Of a stretch of DNA of 64,000 bases, positions 34,720 through 46,461 are shown one piece after another. Numbering within the stretch: the stretch's first letter is position 1; the number at the start of each line of letters is the position of its first letter. Location of the stretch: assembly GCA_963816355.1 (NCBI GenBank), contig CAWFKH010000006.1, positions 448,001-512,000 of the forward strand, in the 5' to 3' direction. The notes under the pieces were generated by a model that was given only the letters and a program-made list of their open reading frames with translations, searched no databases and was not told the DNA's origin. Source of the stretch: an uncultured Gemmatimonadales bacterium. Its GTDB lineage: Bacteria; Gemmatimonadota; Gemmatimonadetes; Longimicrobiales; RSA9. A program made the position numbers and the translations under genes.

Positions 34720-36807
34720 TCAGCCGGTGGAGGCCCCTCCGCCGGCGCCCGCGCCGGCGGTCCACACGTTGTTCCTCCGCTCGGCGTCGGGGAACCAGTG
34801 CCCGGCGTCGATCTCGACCTTGCGCACGGGCGACGGCGCGGCGGGCACGGCGACGGTGGCCGAGGTGGCGCCGTCGAGCCAGTGCTGGACGGGGACCTCG
34901 AGGTGGAGCGTGTCGCCGTTGGCACGCGTAACGGTGATCGGCGTGGGCATGGGGACCCAGCCGTTGTCGTGGATGGTGATGCGGGTGGAGTCGGCGCCGG
35001 CGACGACGGAGTCGACGGCCTGGTCGAGGATCCAGATGCCGTCCCAGGTGCTCTGATAGTACCAGGCGCGGAAGAACCATTCGAGGTCGCGGCCGGTCAC
35101 GTCCTGGAACGTCTCGAAGAAGTCCCAGGGGTAGGGGTGCTTCCACGCCCAGCGCTTGAAGAAGGCGTGGTAGGCGGGGAGGAAGACGGAGTCGCCGAGC
35201 ATGCCGCGCAGCGCGTGCAGCACGAGCGCGGGCTTGTTGTAGGTGGCGATGGTGTAGACCGGCGAGGGGCGGTGGAGGTCGGACCAGCGCATGATCGGGT
35301 CCTCGACGCCGGTGAGCGCGACGGCGCGGTAGCCGCCGAGCTCGTCCTCGAAGGGCTTCGTCTCCGGGTGCAGGTCGTTCTTGGTGACGTCCTCGTTGTA
35401 CTCGGTGGTGCCCTCGTCCATCCAGGCGTAGCGGCGCTCGTTGTTGTTGACGACCATCGGCACCCACATGTGCGCGAGCTCGTGCGCGACGACGCCGAAG
35501 AGCGCCGTCGCCGGGCGGCCGTTGTAGGCGCCGATCAGCGTCATCATCGGGTACTCCATGCCGCCGCCGATGATGTCGGCGCCTTCGACCGCGGTCATGT
35601 GCGGCCACGGGTAGGAGAGGCCGGTGTAGAGGGAGTGGTGGTGGATCGACTGCGCCGCGTAGAGGACGGCCTGGCTCCAGCCGGGCGCGCTGGCGCGCCA
35701 GATGGCGTCGGCGCGCGCGTAGTCGGCGGCGCCGTCGCCGTCGCGGTCGCCCACGTCGGTCCGCATGGCGTCCCAGTTCGAGCGGCTGGTGATGCTGTAG
35801 GCGACGTCGCGCACCGAGTCCGCGACGAAGTGCCAGCTCAGATCGCCGCCGGGCTGGCTCTGCGTGGCGTGGCCGAAGTCCGAGGCGGTGATCACGTGGA
35901 CAACGTGGTCGCTGCGCTCGGCGCGGCGGATGCGCTGGACGATCTCCGGCTGCAGCACCTCGTCCTCGTTCTCGAGCGTGCCGGTGCCGTTGACGATCCA
36001 GCCCTCGGGCGCGGAGACGGTGACGTCGTAGCTGCCGACGTCGTCGTAGAACTCCGCGGTGCCCATGAACGGGTCGGTGGCCCAGCCGGCGACGTCGTCG
36101 TAGACGGCGATCTGGGGGTAGAAGTAGGCGAGGAAGACGAGGTCGTCGTCGCTCCAGCCCATGCGCCCGCTGATGCCGGACTGCGGCAGCTTGAACGACC
36201 AGTCGAAGGCGAGCCGCGACGTCGCGCCGGGCGCGATCGGGGCGGGCAGGTCGATGCGCATGATGGTGCCGTCCACGCTGTAGCCGGGCGCCTCGTCGCG
36301 CTGCTGGAGGTCCATCCCGCCCACCGCGACGCGGCTCAGCTTCATGCCGCCCGTGACCTCCGCCGACTCGCCGCGCTGCACGCCGGGCGCGTGGAAGTTC
36401 TGCAGCAGGTAGACGTAGACGACGCCCAGGGTGTCGGGCGAGCGGTTGTGGTAGACCACCTCCTCGGAGCCCTCGACGCGCTTCGCCTTTGGGTCGACGC
36501 TCGTCTCGATCGTGTACTCCGGCCACTGCGTCCAGTAGCGGGGACCCGGCTCACCGGTGCGCGTGCGCGTGCCGCGGCGCGCCGCCAGGCGGTACTCGAG
36601 CGGCGGCACGATCGGGTAGGGGAGCGGGCGCTGGCGCACGGTGGGGGCGGGCGGCGGCGCCGGCGGCGCGGGTGTGGGCGAGCGGCCGCTCGCGCAGCCG
36701 GCGGTCAGGAGCGCGATCGTGAGCGCCGGGACCGCCGCGCCGGTCCGCCCCGGGCGCCTCGTCCCCCTCGTCCGACTCGTTCGCATCAGCCGCGCCATCG
36801 TCCGCAT
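34720..36807 (-). CDS. M1-family metallopeptidase lipoprotein
   Basis: 'LTAGC' lipobox; 'GGMEYP', 'HELAHMW', 'WMDEG', 'YNKPA'. Confidence 0.9.
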   Translation of the reverse strand: MRTMARLMRTSRTRGTRRPGRTGAAVPALTIALLTAGCASGRSPTPAPPAPPPAPTVRQRPLPYPIVPPLEYRLAARRGTRTRTGEPGPRYWTQWPEYTIETSVDPKAKRVEGSEEVVYHNRSPDTLGVVYVYLLQNFHAPGVQRGESAEVTGGMKLSRVAVGGMDLQQRDEAPGYSVDGTIMRIDLPAPIAPGATSRLAFDWSFKLPQSGISGRMGWSDDDLVFLAYFYPQIAVYDDVAGWATDPFMGTAEFYDDVGSYDVTVSAPEGWIVNGTGTLENEDEVLQPEIVQRIRRAERSDHVVHVITASDFGHATQSQPGGDLSWHFVADSVRDVAYSITSRSNWDAMRTDVGDRDGDGAADYARADAIWRASAPGWSQAVLYAAQSIHHHSLYTGLSYPWPHMTAVEGADIIGGGMEYPMMTLIGAYNGRPATALFGVVAHELAHMWVPMVVNNNERRYAWMDEGTTEYNEDVTKNDLHPETKPFEDELGGYRAVALTGVEDPIMRWSDLHRPSPVYTIATYNKPALVLHALRGMLGDSVFLPAYHAFFKRWAWKHPYPWDFFETFQDVTGRDLEWFFRAWYYQSTWDGIWILDQAVDSVVAGADSTRITIHDNGWVPMPTPITVTRANGDTLHLEVPVQHWLDGATSATVAVPAAPSPVRKVEIDAGHWFPDAERRNNVWTAGAGAGGGASTG

Positions 36808-36884
36808 CGTTCGCCTCCGTGAGGGTGCCGGTCGGGTTTACCGCGAAGGCAAGATTCGGCCCCGATCGGGACGGGGCAAGGCGC

Positions 36885-37045
36885 TGGGGTGGGGAGGGGG
36901 ATGCGGGCGTTCGGGTGGGGGTGAATCGGTCTGGGGTCTGCGGAGGGGGTCTGCGGGGGGTCTGGGGTACGGGGGTCTGCGGGGGGTCTGGGGTACGGGG
37001 GTCTGAGGGCAGGTGTGGGGTACGGGGTCTGCGGGCGGATCTGCG
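36885..37045. repeat. Strand-skewed G-run tract with an exact 26-bp tandem duplication
   Basis: GGGGGTCTGCGGGGGGTCTGGGGTAC at 36945-36970 and 36971-36996; further GGGGTCTG and GGGGTAC units. Confidence 0.75.
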
Positions 37046-37107
37046 GTTTGTTTCTCGCGGGGACGCCTTTACGTTTGCGGGACGAGATCACGGAAGGGCG
37101 AGGTACG

Positions 37108-37997
<890 letters not shown>

Positions 37998-38001
<4 letters not shown>

Positions 38002-38627
38002 CGGCGCTGCGGGTCCGTGTCCGCCGCATGGGGGAGGCGGACATTCCGGCCATCGTCGAGCTGTCGCGGCGGATCTACGGGCGCGAGGCGGCGTGGAAGG
38101 AGGAGGAGCTGCGCTCCCATCTGCGCGTCTTCCCGGAAGGGCAGATTGTGGCGGAGGCGGTGGAGAGCGGCCGCATCGTCGGCATGGCGGCGAGCCTGGT
38201 CATCCCCTGGGACGACTACGACATTCGCGGTAGCTGGTGGGAGTTCACCGCGAACGGCTTCTTCACCAACCACGACCCCGAAGGCGGCCGCACCCTGTAT
38301 GGCGCCGGCGTCATGGTGGCGCCGGATGTCCAGGGCCGAGGAGTCGGCTCGCGGTTGTACGACGCGCGGCGCGAGCTGGCGCGGCGGCTCGGCCTGCCGC
38401 GCATCCGCTCCGGCGCGCGCATGCCGGGTTACCATCGCTACGCGGCGCGGATGAGCGCCGAGGAGTACGTGAAGGGCGTCGTCGGGGGCGAGATGACGGA
38501 CCCGAACATCACCTTCCAGTTGAAGCACGGCTTCCGGGTGCTGCGCGTCGTGCCTCGCTATCTCCCGGAGGACCCGGAAAGCCTCGGCTACGCCGCGGTG
38601 GTCGAGTGGCTCGACCCGGCGCAGTGA
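37998..38627 (+). CDS. GNAT family N-acetyltransferase
   Basis: GTGA overlap with the upstream stop; 'FPEGQ', 'VQGRGVGSRLY', 'FQLKHGF'. Confidence 0.88.
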
Positions 38628-38792
38628 GCGGCGGGCGCCGGTCCCGAGCGCCGTGCGATCGCGCAGACGGTTGCGCCGCACGGGGTTGCGCCGACAGATT
38701 GCAGCGTACGTAATCGCGTCGCTCGGCGCGAGTTCTGCGAATCCGCGCCCCCGGGCGTGCACCCACCCACGCGCTCCACCACCGGAGCCTCG

Positions 38793-41700
38793 ATGCTCGA
38801 GCCGCACTCCCACCTCGGGGAGTTTCAGCGCATCGCGGAGCTTCTGCGCAGCACGCCGGTCGATCATCACGCCGGCGCCCGCTTCGCGCGGATCACTTCC
38901 GCGCTGTCGGCCGTGGTCGACGGCATCCTGCTGCTCGATGCGGAGCGCCGGGTGACGTTCGCGAACGCGGCTGCGGAGCGCATCCTCGATGTATCGGGCA
39001 CGGGGCTGCAGGGGCGGGTCTTCGGCCGTTCCTCCTGGACGATCACGGCGGTTGACGGTGCTTCGTTGATGCCGTCGGAGCTGCCGTTCCATCGCGCGAT
39101 GAAAGGGGAGGCGGTCTCCGGCTTCGAGCTGGCGTTGATCCGGGCGGCGGACGGGCGCCGCTTCGTGCTGGAGACGAGCTGGTCACCGGTCCTGGACGGC
39201 CGGAACCGGCCGAACGGAATGGTCGCGTCGTTGCGCGACGTGACGGCGCGGCGAAGCCTCGACGACGCGACGGCGCTGCTGGCGGAGGTGGGCGCGGCTC
39301 TGGTGGAGTCGCTGGACGTGGAGAGGACGCTGGAAACGGTCGCGTCGTGCGCGGTCCCGCGCGTGGCGGATTTCGCCGTCGTCTATCTCCTCGACGGGGA
39401 GGAGCTGCGCTGCGCCGCGGCGGTGCATCGCGACGTCGGGATGGAATCGACGGTGCGGGCGCTGCGCGACGTGCACCGACCTTCGATCGACGACGCGGAC
39501 AGCCTCATCGCGGCGGTGTGCCGAACCGGCCAGCCGCGCTTCTACGACAGGGTCGCGCCGGGGGCGCTCGAGAAGCACGTGGGCACGCCGCTCGTGCGGC
39601 GGATCCTGACGGCGCTCCGGCCGCGGTCGATGCTGATGGTGCCGATGAAGGCGCGGGGGGGGACGCTGGGCGTCATCGTGCTTTCGACCTCGACGTCGGC
39701 GCGCCAGTACGATCGCACGGCCCTGGACCTCGCGCAGGACCTGGGGCGGCAGGCCGGCCTCGCCCTGGACAACGCACACCTCTACGAGCGTGCGCGGCGG
39801 GAGGTGGAACAGCGTCACCACCTCGAGGACGCGCTGCGGGTGAGTGAAGGGAAGTACCGGGAGCTGCTCGAGCAGACGCCGGGCGCGATCGCGGTCGTCC
39901 ACGCCAGCGACCTGCGCGTCCTCTTCGTGAACCAGCAGGCGTGCGCGATGGCCGGCGCCACGGCGGAGCAGATCGTGGGACAGCGGGTCACCGACTTCAT
40001 GGACCCGGAAGAGCTCGAGGAGCGGCCGATCGACTGGCCGCGGCTGCTGCGCGGCGAGACGCCGGTGGACGAGCGCACGCTGGTGCGCGGCGACGGCCGC
40101 CGCGTTCCGGTAGCCGTAGGGTGCCGGCTGTTCGGCGACGGCCGGCTCTTCATCACCCTCTTCGACGCACGGGAGCGCTCCCGCACCCTCGCCGCCGCGG
40201 CGCGGCTCGCGACGATCGTCGACTCGTCGCAGGACGCGATCATGGACGTCTCGCTCGACGGCACGATCACCGACTGGAACGCCGGTGCGGAGCGGATCTT
40301 CGGCTACACCGCGGCGGAGGCGGTCGGGCGGCCCGTCGCGATCTTCTCGAACGCGGCGCACCACGACGAGCAGAGCGACGTCATCGCGCGTACCGCCCGT
40401 GGCGAGCGGATCGAGACGTATCGCACCGAGCGTCGCCGCCGGGACGGCCGGTCCGTGGTCGTCGAGGTCACGCCGGCGCCGCTGCACGACGAGCTGGGCC
40501 GCGTGGTGGGCATCTCGGCCACCATCCGGGACGTGACGGAGCAGGTCGCGGCGGAGCAGGCGCTGGAGCAGCGCACGCGCGAGCTGGCGGACCACGTCAA
40601 GGAGCTGAGCAGGGAAAAGTCGCGGCGGCAGGCGGCCGAGGAGGAAGTCCGCCGGAGCGAGGCCTACTTCCGCTCGCTGATCGAGAACGCGCGCGACATC
40701 GTGGCGCTGGTCAACCCGGAAGGCGTGTTGCGCTACGTCGCACCGTCGGTGCAGGACGTCCTCGGCTACGACCGCGGCGCGCTGATCGGGCGCAGCATCT
40801 TCGAGCTGATCCACGAAGAGGACCGCCCGCGGGCGCGCGAGCGGCTGCGCCTGGACGTCGAGCGCGCCGAGGAGGGTCCATCGCGGCTGATCACGTTGCG
40901 GGTGCGGCACCGCGACCGCGGCTGGCGCCTGCTGGAGGTGCTGACTCGCAGCCTGCTCGAGCATCCCGCGGTGCGCGGCATCGTCATCCATGCCCGCGAC
41001 GCGACGGAGCGTCTCGCGCTCGAGGACCAGTTGCGCCACGCGCAGAAGATGGAGGCGATCGGCCGCCTCGCCGGAGGCCTGGCCCACGACTTCAACAACC
41101 TGCTCACGGCGATCGCCGGCCACGCCGGCCTGTTGCTCGAGGACCTCGCCAGCGACGACCCGCGGCGCGAGGACGCCGACGAGATCCGCCGCACCGTCGA
41201 GCGCGCGACGGCGCTCACGCGCCAGTTGCTCGCCTTCAGTCGCAAGGAAGTGGTCGAGGCGAGCGTGATCGACCTGAACCGCGTGGTGGTGGAGATCGGC
41301 GTCCTGCTCCGCCGTTTGATCGGAGAGGACATCACCACCGAAGTCGATCTGGATCCGGACGTGCCGCGCGTGCTGGCGGACGCGGACCAGATCGGCCAGG
41401 TCCTGATGAACCTCGCCGTCAACGCGCGCGACGCGATGCCGACCGGCGGCAGGTTGCACGTCGCGACGTCCTCCGCGGAGCTGGACCGCGAGCGGGCGCG
41501 CGCGCTCGACGTCGAGCCGGGACGCTTCGCGGTCGTCGCGGTTCGCGACACGGGCGTGGGCATCGCGCCCGACGTCCTGCCCCACATCTTCGAGCCGTTC
41601 TTCACCACCAAGGAGCCCGGCCGCGGCACCGGTCTCGGCCTCGCGACGGTGTACGGCATCGTCACGAGCGCGGGCGGCGGCATCGCCGTGGAGTCCGGCC

Positions 41701-42242
41701 GCGGCACGGGGACGGAGTTCCGGCTCTACCTGCCGGCTGCGCCGGCGGTGCGGGTGGACCGCGCAGATCCTCCCGCTGACGCGCCGGCCGCCACGGGGCG
41801 CGACGCGCCCGCGCCGGCCGGAAGTCTCGCGCAGGACGCGGTCGCCGCGAGCGAGCGCGACACCGAGGGCAGGACCGGTCCGCGAGTCGTGCTCGTCGTC
41901 GAGGACGAGCCGCTCGTGCGCACGCTGGCGCGACGCGTCCTCTCGCGCTCCGGATACGTCGTGCTCGAGGCGGAGTCGGGCGCGGCGGCGCTGGGCGCGC
42001 TGGAGATGCGGCCGGCCGACGTCGTGGTGACGGACTTCGAGCTGCCGGACATGACGGGGGTGGATCTTGCGCGACGGCTGCGCGGCATGCGCGACGGGAC
42101 GCGGATCATTTTCACGTCGGGCCACCCGCGCGCGACGCTCGAGGCGAGGTCGGAGCTGGACCCGGGCGCGATGTTCCTGGAGAAGCCGTACGAAGCGCGG
42201 GCTCTTCTCGACGCCGTCGCGGCGGCGCTGCGCGGCCCTTGA
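38793..42242 (+). CDS. Cytoplasmic hybrid sensor histidine kinase (PAS-GAF-PAS-PAS-PAS-HisKA-HATPase-REC)
   Basis: 'AHDFNNLL', '[10 protein letters not shown]', '[16 protein letters not shown]', receiver 'VVEDE...VVTD...KPY'. Confidence 0.93.
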   Translation: MLEPHSHLGEFQRIAELLRSTPVDHHAGARFARITSALSAVVDGILLLDAERRVTFANAAAERILDVSGTGLQGRVFGRSSWTITAVDGASLMPSELPFHRAMKGEAVSGFELALIRAADGRRFVLETSWSPVLDGRNRPNGMVASLRDVTARRSLDDATALLAEVGAALVESLDVERTLETVASCAVPRVADFAVVYLLDGEELRCAAAVHRDVGMESTVRALRDVHRPSIDDADSLIAAVCRTGQPRFYDRVAPGALEKHVGTPLVRRILTALRPRSMLMVPMKARGGTLGVIVLSTSTSARQYDRTALDLAQDLGRQAGLALDNAHLYERARREVEQRHHLEDALRVSEGKYRELLEQTPGAIAVVHASDLRVLFVNQQACAMAGATAEQIVGQRVTDFMDPEELEERPIDWPRLLRGETPVDERTLVRGDGRRVPVAVGCRLFGDGRLFITLFDARERSRTLAAAARLATIVDSSQDAIMDVSLDGTITDWNAGAERIFGYTAAEAVGRPVAIFSNAAHHDEQSDVIARTARGERIETYRTERRRRDGRSVVVEVTPAPLHDELGRVVGISATIRDVTEQVAAEQALEQRTRELADHVKELSREKSRRQAAEEEVRRSEAYFRSLIENARDIVALVNPEGVLRYVAPSVQDVLGYDRGALIGRSIFELIHEEDRPRARERLRLDVERAEEGPSRLITLRVRHRDRGWRLLEVLTRSLLEHPAVRGIVIHARDATERLALEDQLRHAQKMEAIGRLAGGLAHDFNNLLTAIAGHAGLLLEDLASDDPRREDADEIRRTVERATALTRQLLAFSRKEVVEASVIDLNRVVVEIGVLLRRLIGEDITTEVDLDPDVPRVLADADQIGQVLMNLAVNARDAMPTGGRLHVATSSAELDRERARALDVEPGRFAVVAVRDTGVGIAPDVLPHIFEPFFTTKEPGRGTGLGLATVYGIVTSAGGGIAVESGRGTGTEFRLYLPAAPAVRVDRADPPADAPAATGRDAPAPAGSLAQDAVAASERDTEGRTGPRVVLVVEDEPLVRTLARRVLSRSGYVVLEAESGAAALGALEMRPADVVVTDFELPDMTGVDLARRLRGMRDGTRIIFTSGHPRATLEARSELDPGAMFLEKPYEARALLDAVAAALRGP

Positions 42243-42307
42243 GCCGCGCGTCGGCCGCGGGGCGTCGCCCCGGAGGGGCTAGGGCCGCGGACTTCGGCCG
42301 GCGCTGA

Positions 42308-43375
42308 TCAGGCGGTGGCGGTCAGGTGTCCGGCGAGGAAGCGGGCCACCTCGGCCTCCGCCCAGAAGCGCGGTGCCCACGGCGGCCCCTCGATGAAGCC
42401 GACGTGGCCGCCGCGATCCGTGAAGGCGGCGGTCAGCCACGGATTGCGCCGGATCGCGTCGAGCGGCAGCGCCCGCTCCGGTAGGAACGGATCGTCGCGC
42501 GACTGGATCAACAGGGTCGGCACGCGGATGCGGTCGAGGAAGCCGGCGGAGCTCGAGCGGGCGTAGTACTCCTCGGCGTCGCCGAAGCCGTGAAGCGGCG
42601 CGGTCGCGGCGTCGTCGAACGCGCGCAGCGTGGGCGCGGCGAGGACGGTGTCGACGTCGCAGCGACCCCCGATTACGGCCGCCTTGGCGCGCGCCTTCCG
42701 CCGCAGGTTCCGCATGAAGTAGTAGGTGTACAGGCGGTTGACGGCGCCACGTTCGAGGCCGCGGGAGCCGGCGCCCAGGTCGAACGGGACGGACACGGCG
42801 GCGGCCGCGCGCAGGCGCCGCTCCGCCCGCTCTCCCATCTCGCCCAGCAGCTTCAGCAGGACGTTGCCGCCCAGGGAGAAGCCGACGGCGCCGAAGGCGG
42901 CGCGCGGAAACCGTTCGTGGAGCCGGTCGAGCACCCACGCCGCGTCGCCGGTCTCACCGGAGTGGTAGAAGCGGGCGAGGCGGTTCGGCTCGCCGCTGCA
43001 GCCGCGGAAGTTGAGGCCGACCGCGCGGACGCCGCGGCGTGCCAGCGCGTCGTAGGTGAGCAGCACGTACGGCCGCCGGGCAGAGCCCTCGAGCCCGTGC
43101 AGCACGAGCACGAGCGGGCGCGCGTCCGCGGCCGCCGGTCGAGGCGAGCCGCGCGGCGGCGGCGCGCCGCGCGCCCGCGCGCCGGACGCCGGACCCGGAT
43201 CGAACGCGAAGTCGAGGTCGACGAAGTCGCCGTCGGGCGTCTCCCACCGCTCGCGGTGCAGCAGCATCGCGGGCGCGGAGCGGAAGAGCTTGCCTCCGAT
43301 CGTCTGCGCGTGCGCGGAGCGGAGCCACCAGGCGACCCGGAACGGCCGCGGCACGAAGGGCGCGGGCTCTGTCAT
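42308..43375 (-). CDS. YheT-like alpha/beta hydrolase
   Basis: 'HAQTI', 'LHGLEGS', 'GFSLGG', 'DDPF', 'GGHVGF'. Confidence 0.9.
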   Translation of the reverse strand: MTEPAPFVPRPFRVAWWLRSAHAQTIGGKLFRSAPAMLLHRERWETPDGDFVDLDFAFDPGPASGARARGAPPPRGSPRPAAADARPLVLVLHGLEGSARRPYVLLTYDALARRGVRAVGLNFRGCSGEPNRLARFYHSGETGDAAWVLDRLHERFPRAAFGAVGFSLGGNVLLKLLGEMGERAERRLRAAAAVSVPFDLGAGSRGLERGAVNRLYTYYFMRNLRRKARAKAAVIGGRCDVDTVLAAPTLRAFDDAATAPLHGFGDAEEYYARSSSAGFLDRIRVPTLLIQSRDDPFLPERALPLDAIRRNPWLTAAFTDRGGHVGFIEGPPWAPRFWAEAEVARFLAGHLTATA

Positions 43376-43521
43376 GAGGCGGTGTTATGCCGCCGCGCCG
43401 CACGGGGTTCCCCCAGCCCGCATCGGCCGTGCTTCGCGACGACGGCGGAAGCTTCCTTCCGTTCTCGCCGGGGGCGCCGGGCCGTCGTGACATTTGCGGC
43501 AGAATCGGGTAGCATGAGCCC

Positions 43522-46461
43522 GTGAAGGACCGAATCCTGATCCGCAACGCGCGGCAGAACAACCTGAAGGGGATCGACCTCGATCTTCCCCGCCGCTCGC
43601 TCGTCGTCATCACGGGGCCGAGCGGCTCGGGCAAGTCGTCGCTCGCCTTCGACACGGTCTACGCCGAGGGGCAGCGTCGCTACGTCGAATCCCTTTCGAC
43701 GTACGCGAAGCAGTTCCTGGAGCGGATGGAGAAGCCGCTCGTCGACCGCGTCGAAGGCATCAGCCCGGCGGTCGCGATCGAGCAGAAGAACCCCACGAAG
43801 TCGAGCCGCTCGACCGTCGGCACCGCGACCGAGGTGCACGACTATCTGCGGCTGTTGTGGGCGCGCGTGGGGGTCACGATCTGTCCGGAGTGCGGCCGCG
43901 AGGTGCGGCCGGACACGGTCCAGAGCGCCACCGACGCGGTGCTCGCTCTGCCGCAGGGCACGCGCATCCTCGTCGCCTTCCCGCTGCCGCTCAGCGCCCG
44001 CGTTTCGCACGCCGGCGTCGTGGAGAACCTGCGCGCGCTCGGCTTCCTGCGGGTGCAGCTGGGCGAGCAGTTGATCGACCTGGACGGCGCGGATGCGGAC
44101 GATCCGGACCGTCTCGGCCATGACCTCTCCAGCGCCGAGGCGCTGCGCGTGGTGGTCGACCGGCTCGTCGTCGGCCCCGAGATCCGCGAGCGTCTCGCGG
44201 ACTCCCTCGCCACCGCGTTCACGGAGGGGGAAGGGGAGGCGGAGGTGGTGACTCGCGGCGGCTCGGACGCCCCGCGCAGTGAGGACCGCACGCTCCGCTT
44301 CACGGAGCGCTTCCGCTGCCCGGATCATCCGGAGGTCCACTTTCTGGACCCGACGCCCCGCCTCTTCTCCTTCAACAATCCGTACGGCTCGTGCCCGCGC
44401 TGCACCGGCTTCGGCGCCACCCTCGAGTACGATCCGGCGCTGATCGTCCCGGTCGCGGCGCGTTCGCTCCGCGACGGGGCGGTCGACCCGTGGGAGAAGC
44501 CGCGCTACGGCAAGCAGCGCCGGCAACTCCTCGACTTCGCGCGCGAACGGGGCGTCTCCGCCGACGCGCCGTGGCGCGAGCTGCCGGCGGCGTTCCGCGA
44601 CGCGGTGCTGCACGGCACACGCCGCGGCCGGAAGTCCGGCGAGCCGGCGTTCCGCGGCGTCGTCGCGTTCCTGCGCTCGCGCGAGCGCAAGCGCTACAAG
44701 CAGTACATCCGCGTCTTCCTGCGGCAGTACCAGACGCCGCGCGCGTGTCCGGATTGCGCCGGCGCGCGGCTGCGGCCGGAAGCGCTCTACGTGCGCGTCG
44801 CCGGCTCGACGATCGCCGAAGCGAGCGCGCTCCCGATCGAGGCGCTGCGCTCGTGGCTGGAGCGCGCGACCGCGGATGCGGAGAGCGCTTCCGATGCCGC
44901 GATGGCGGCCCGCGACGCCGCGCCGGGCGGAGCGCTCGGCGAGCAGGCGCGCAGCATCGCGGCGCCGATCGTGCGCGAGCTGCGCGCGCGTCTCGGCTTT
45001 CTCGACGACGTCGGCCTCGGGTACCTTTCGCTCGACCGCCAGACGCGCACCCTCTCCGGCGGCGAGGCGCAGCGGATCAACCTCGCCAATTCGCTCGGAT
45101 CGAGCCTGGTCGACACGCTGTACGTGCTCGACGAGCCGACGGTCGGCCTGCACCCGCGCGACACCGACCGCATGCTGAAGCTGCTGCGGCAGCTCAGGGA
45201 GGCGGGGAACACGGTCCTCGTCGTGGAGCACGACCCGGGCGTGATCGTGGCGGCGGACGAAGTGGTCGAGCTGGGCCCCGGCAGCGGTGCGCGCGGCGGC
45301 GACGTCGTCTACCAGGGCACGCCGGACGCCCTCCGCGACGCCGACACCCCCACCGGCCGCTACCTCGCCGGCGCGGAAGGAGCGCCGGTCCCGGCACGGC
45401 GACGCGCCGTCGACGGCGCGCGGCTGCGGCTGGAGGGCGCGCGTCTGCACAACGTCCGCGACGTCGACGTCGAGATCCCGCTCGGCGCGCTCACGGTCGT
45501 GACGGGCGTGAGCGGGTCGGGGAAGAGCACGCTGGTGCACGACGTCCTGTATCGCGCGTTGGAGCGCGAGCTGGGCACCGGCGAGACGAGCGCGAAGCAG
45601 CACCTCGGCGAGGCGGTCGGCGGCTACGAGCGGCTGGAAGGGGCGGGGCTGATCGATGCCGTGGTGCTGGTGGACCAGTCGCCGATCGGGCGCACGCCGC
45701 GCTCGAACCCGGTCACCTACATCAAGGCGTTCGATGGCATCCGCGAGATCTTCGCCGCGCAGCCGCTGGCGCGCGAGCGCGGCTACAAGCCGGGACACTT
45801 CTCCTTCAACGTGAAGGGTGGCCGCTGCGAGGCGTGCAAGGGCGACGGCGTCATGCGCGTCGAGATGCTCTTCATGGCGGACGTGTACGTGCCGTGCGAC
45901 GTTTGCGGTGGCTCCCGCTACGAGCGCGAGACGCTGGACGTGCGCTTCAAGGGGCTCGACATCCGCGAGGTGCTCGATCTGACGGTGGACGAGGCGATCC
46001 ACTTCTTCATCAAACAGGACCGGGTGAGCGCGACGCTATGGCAGCTGCAACAGGTGGGTCTCGGCTATCTCCGGCTCGGTCAGCCGGCCACGACGCTCTC
46101 GGGAGGGGAGGCGCAGCGGCTGAAGATCGCGCGCGAGCTGGCGGGCGCGGGGCGGCGGCGGGGCCGGCGCCTCTATCTGCTGGACGAGCCGACGACGGGG
46201 CTCTCGGGCGGCGAGGTGGGGCGCCTGCTCCAGGTGCTGGGACGCCTCCTCGATGCGGGACACACGGTGCTGCTCATCGAGCACAACCTGGATGTGATCC
46301 GCGCCGCCGACTGGGTGGTCGACATGGGGCCGGAGGCGGGCGAGGCGGGCGGCCGCATCGTCGCGGCGGGGCGGCCGGAGGACATCGCCAGGATAGCGGT
46401 GAGCCACACCGGCCGCTATCTGCGCGGCGCGCTCGCCGACCGCGCGACGACGCCCGCATGA
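43522..46461 (+). CDS. uvrA: Excinuclease ABC subunit A
   Basis: Two Walker A motifs ('GPSGSGKSS', 'GVSGSGKST'), two 'LSGGEAQR', Zn fingers, 'EGQRRYVESLS'. Confidence 0.95.
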   Translation: MKDRILIRNARQNNLKGIDLDLPRRSLVVITGPSGSGKSSLAFDTVYAEGQRRYVESLSTYAKQFLERMEKPLVDRVEGISPAVAIEQKNPTKSSRSTVGTATEVHDYLRLLWARVGVTICPECGREVRPDTVQSATDAVLALPQGTRILVAFPLPLSARVSHAGVVENLRALGFLRVQLGEQLIDLDGADADDPDRLGHDLSSAEALRVVVDRLVVGPEIRERLADSLATAFTEGEGEAEVVTRGGSDAPRSEDRTLRFTERFRCPDHPEVHFLDPTPRLFSFNNPYGSCPRCTGFGATLEYDPALIVPVAARSLRDGAVDPWEKPRYGKQRRQLLDFARERGVSADAPWRELPAAFRDAVLHGTRRGRKSGEPAFRGVVAFLRSRERKRYKQYIRVFLRQYQTPRACPDCAGARLRPEALYVRVAGSTIAEASALPIEALRSWLERATADAESASDAAMAARDAAPGGALGEQARSIAAPIVRELRARLGFLDDVGLGYLSLDRQTRTLSGGEAQRINLANSLGSSLVDTLYVLDEPTVGLHPRDTDRMLKLLRQLREAGNTVLVVEHDPGVIVAADEVVELGPGSGARGGDVVYQGTPDALRDADTPTGRYLAGAEGAPVPARRRAVDGARLRLEGARLHNVRDVDVEIPLGALTVVTGVSGSGKSTLVHDVLYRALERELGTGETSAKQHLGEAVGGYERLEGAGLIDAVVLVDQSPIGRTPRSNPVTYIKAFDGIREIFAAQPLARERGYKPGHFSFNVKGGRCEACKGDGVMRVEMLFMADVYVPCDVCGGSRYERETLDVRFKGLDIREVLDLTVDEAIHFFIKQDRVSATLWQLQQVGLGYLRLGQPATTLSGGEAQRLKIARELAGAGRRRGRRLYLLDEPTTGLSGGEVGRLLQVLGRLLDAGHTVLLIEHNLDVIRAADWVVDMGPEAGEAGGRIVAAGRPEDIARIAVSHTGRYLRGALADRATTPA

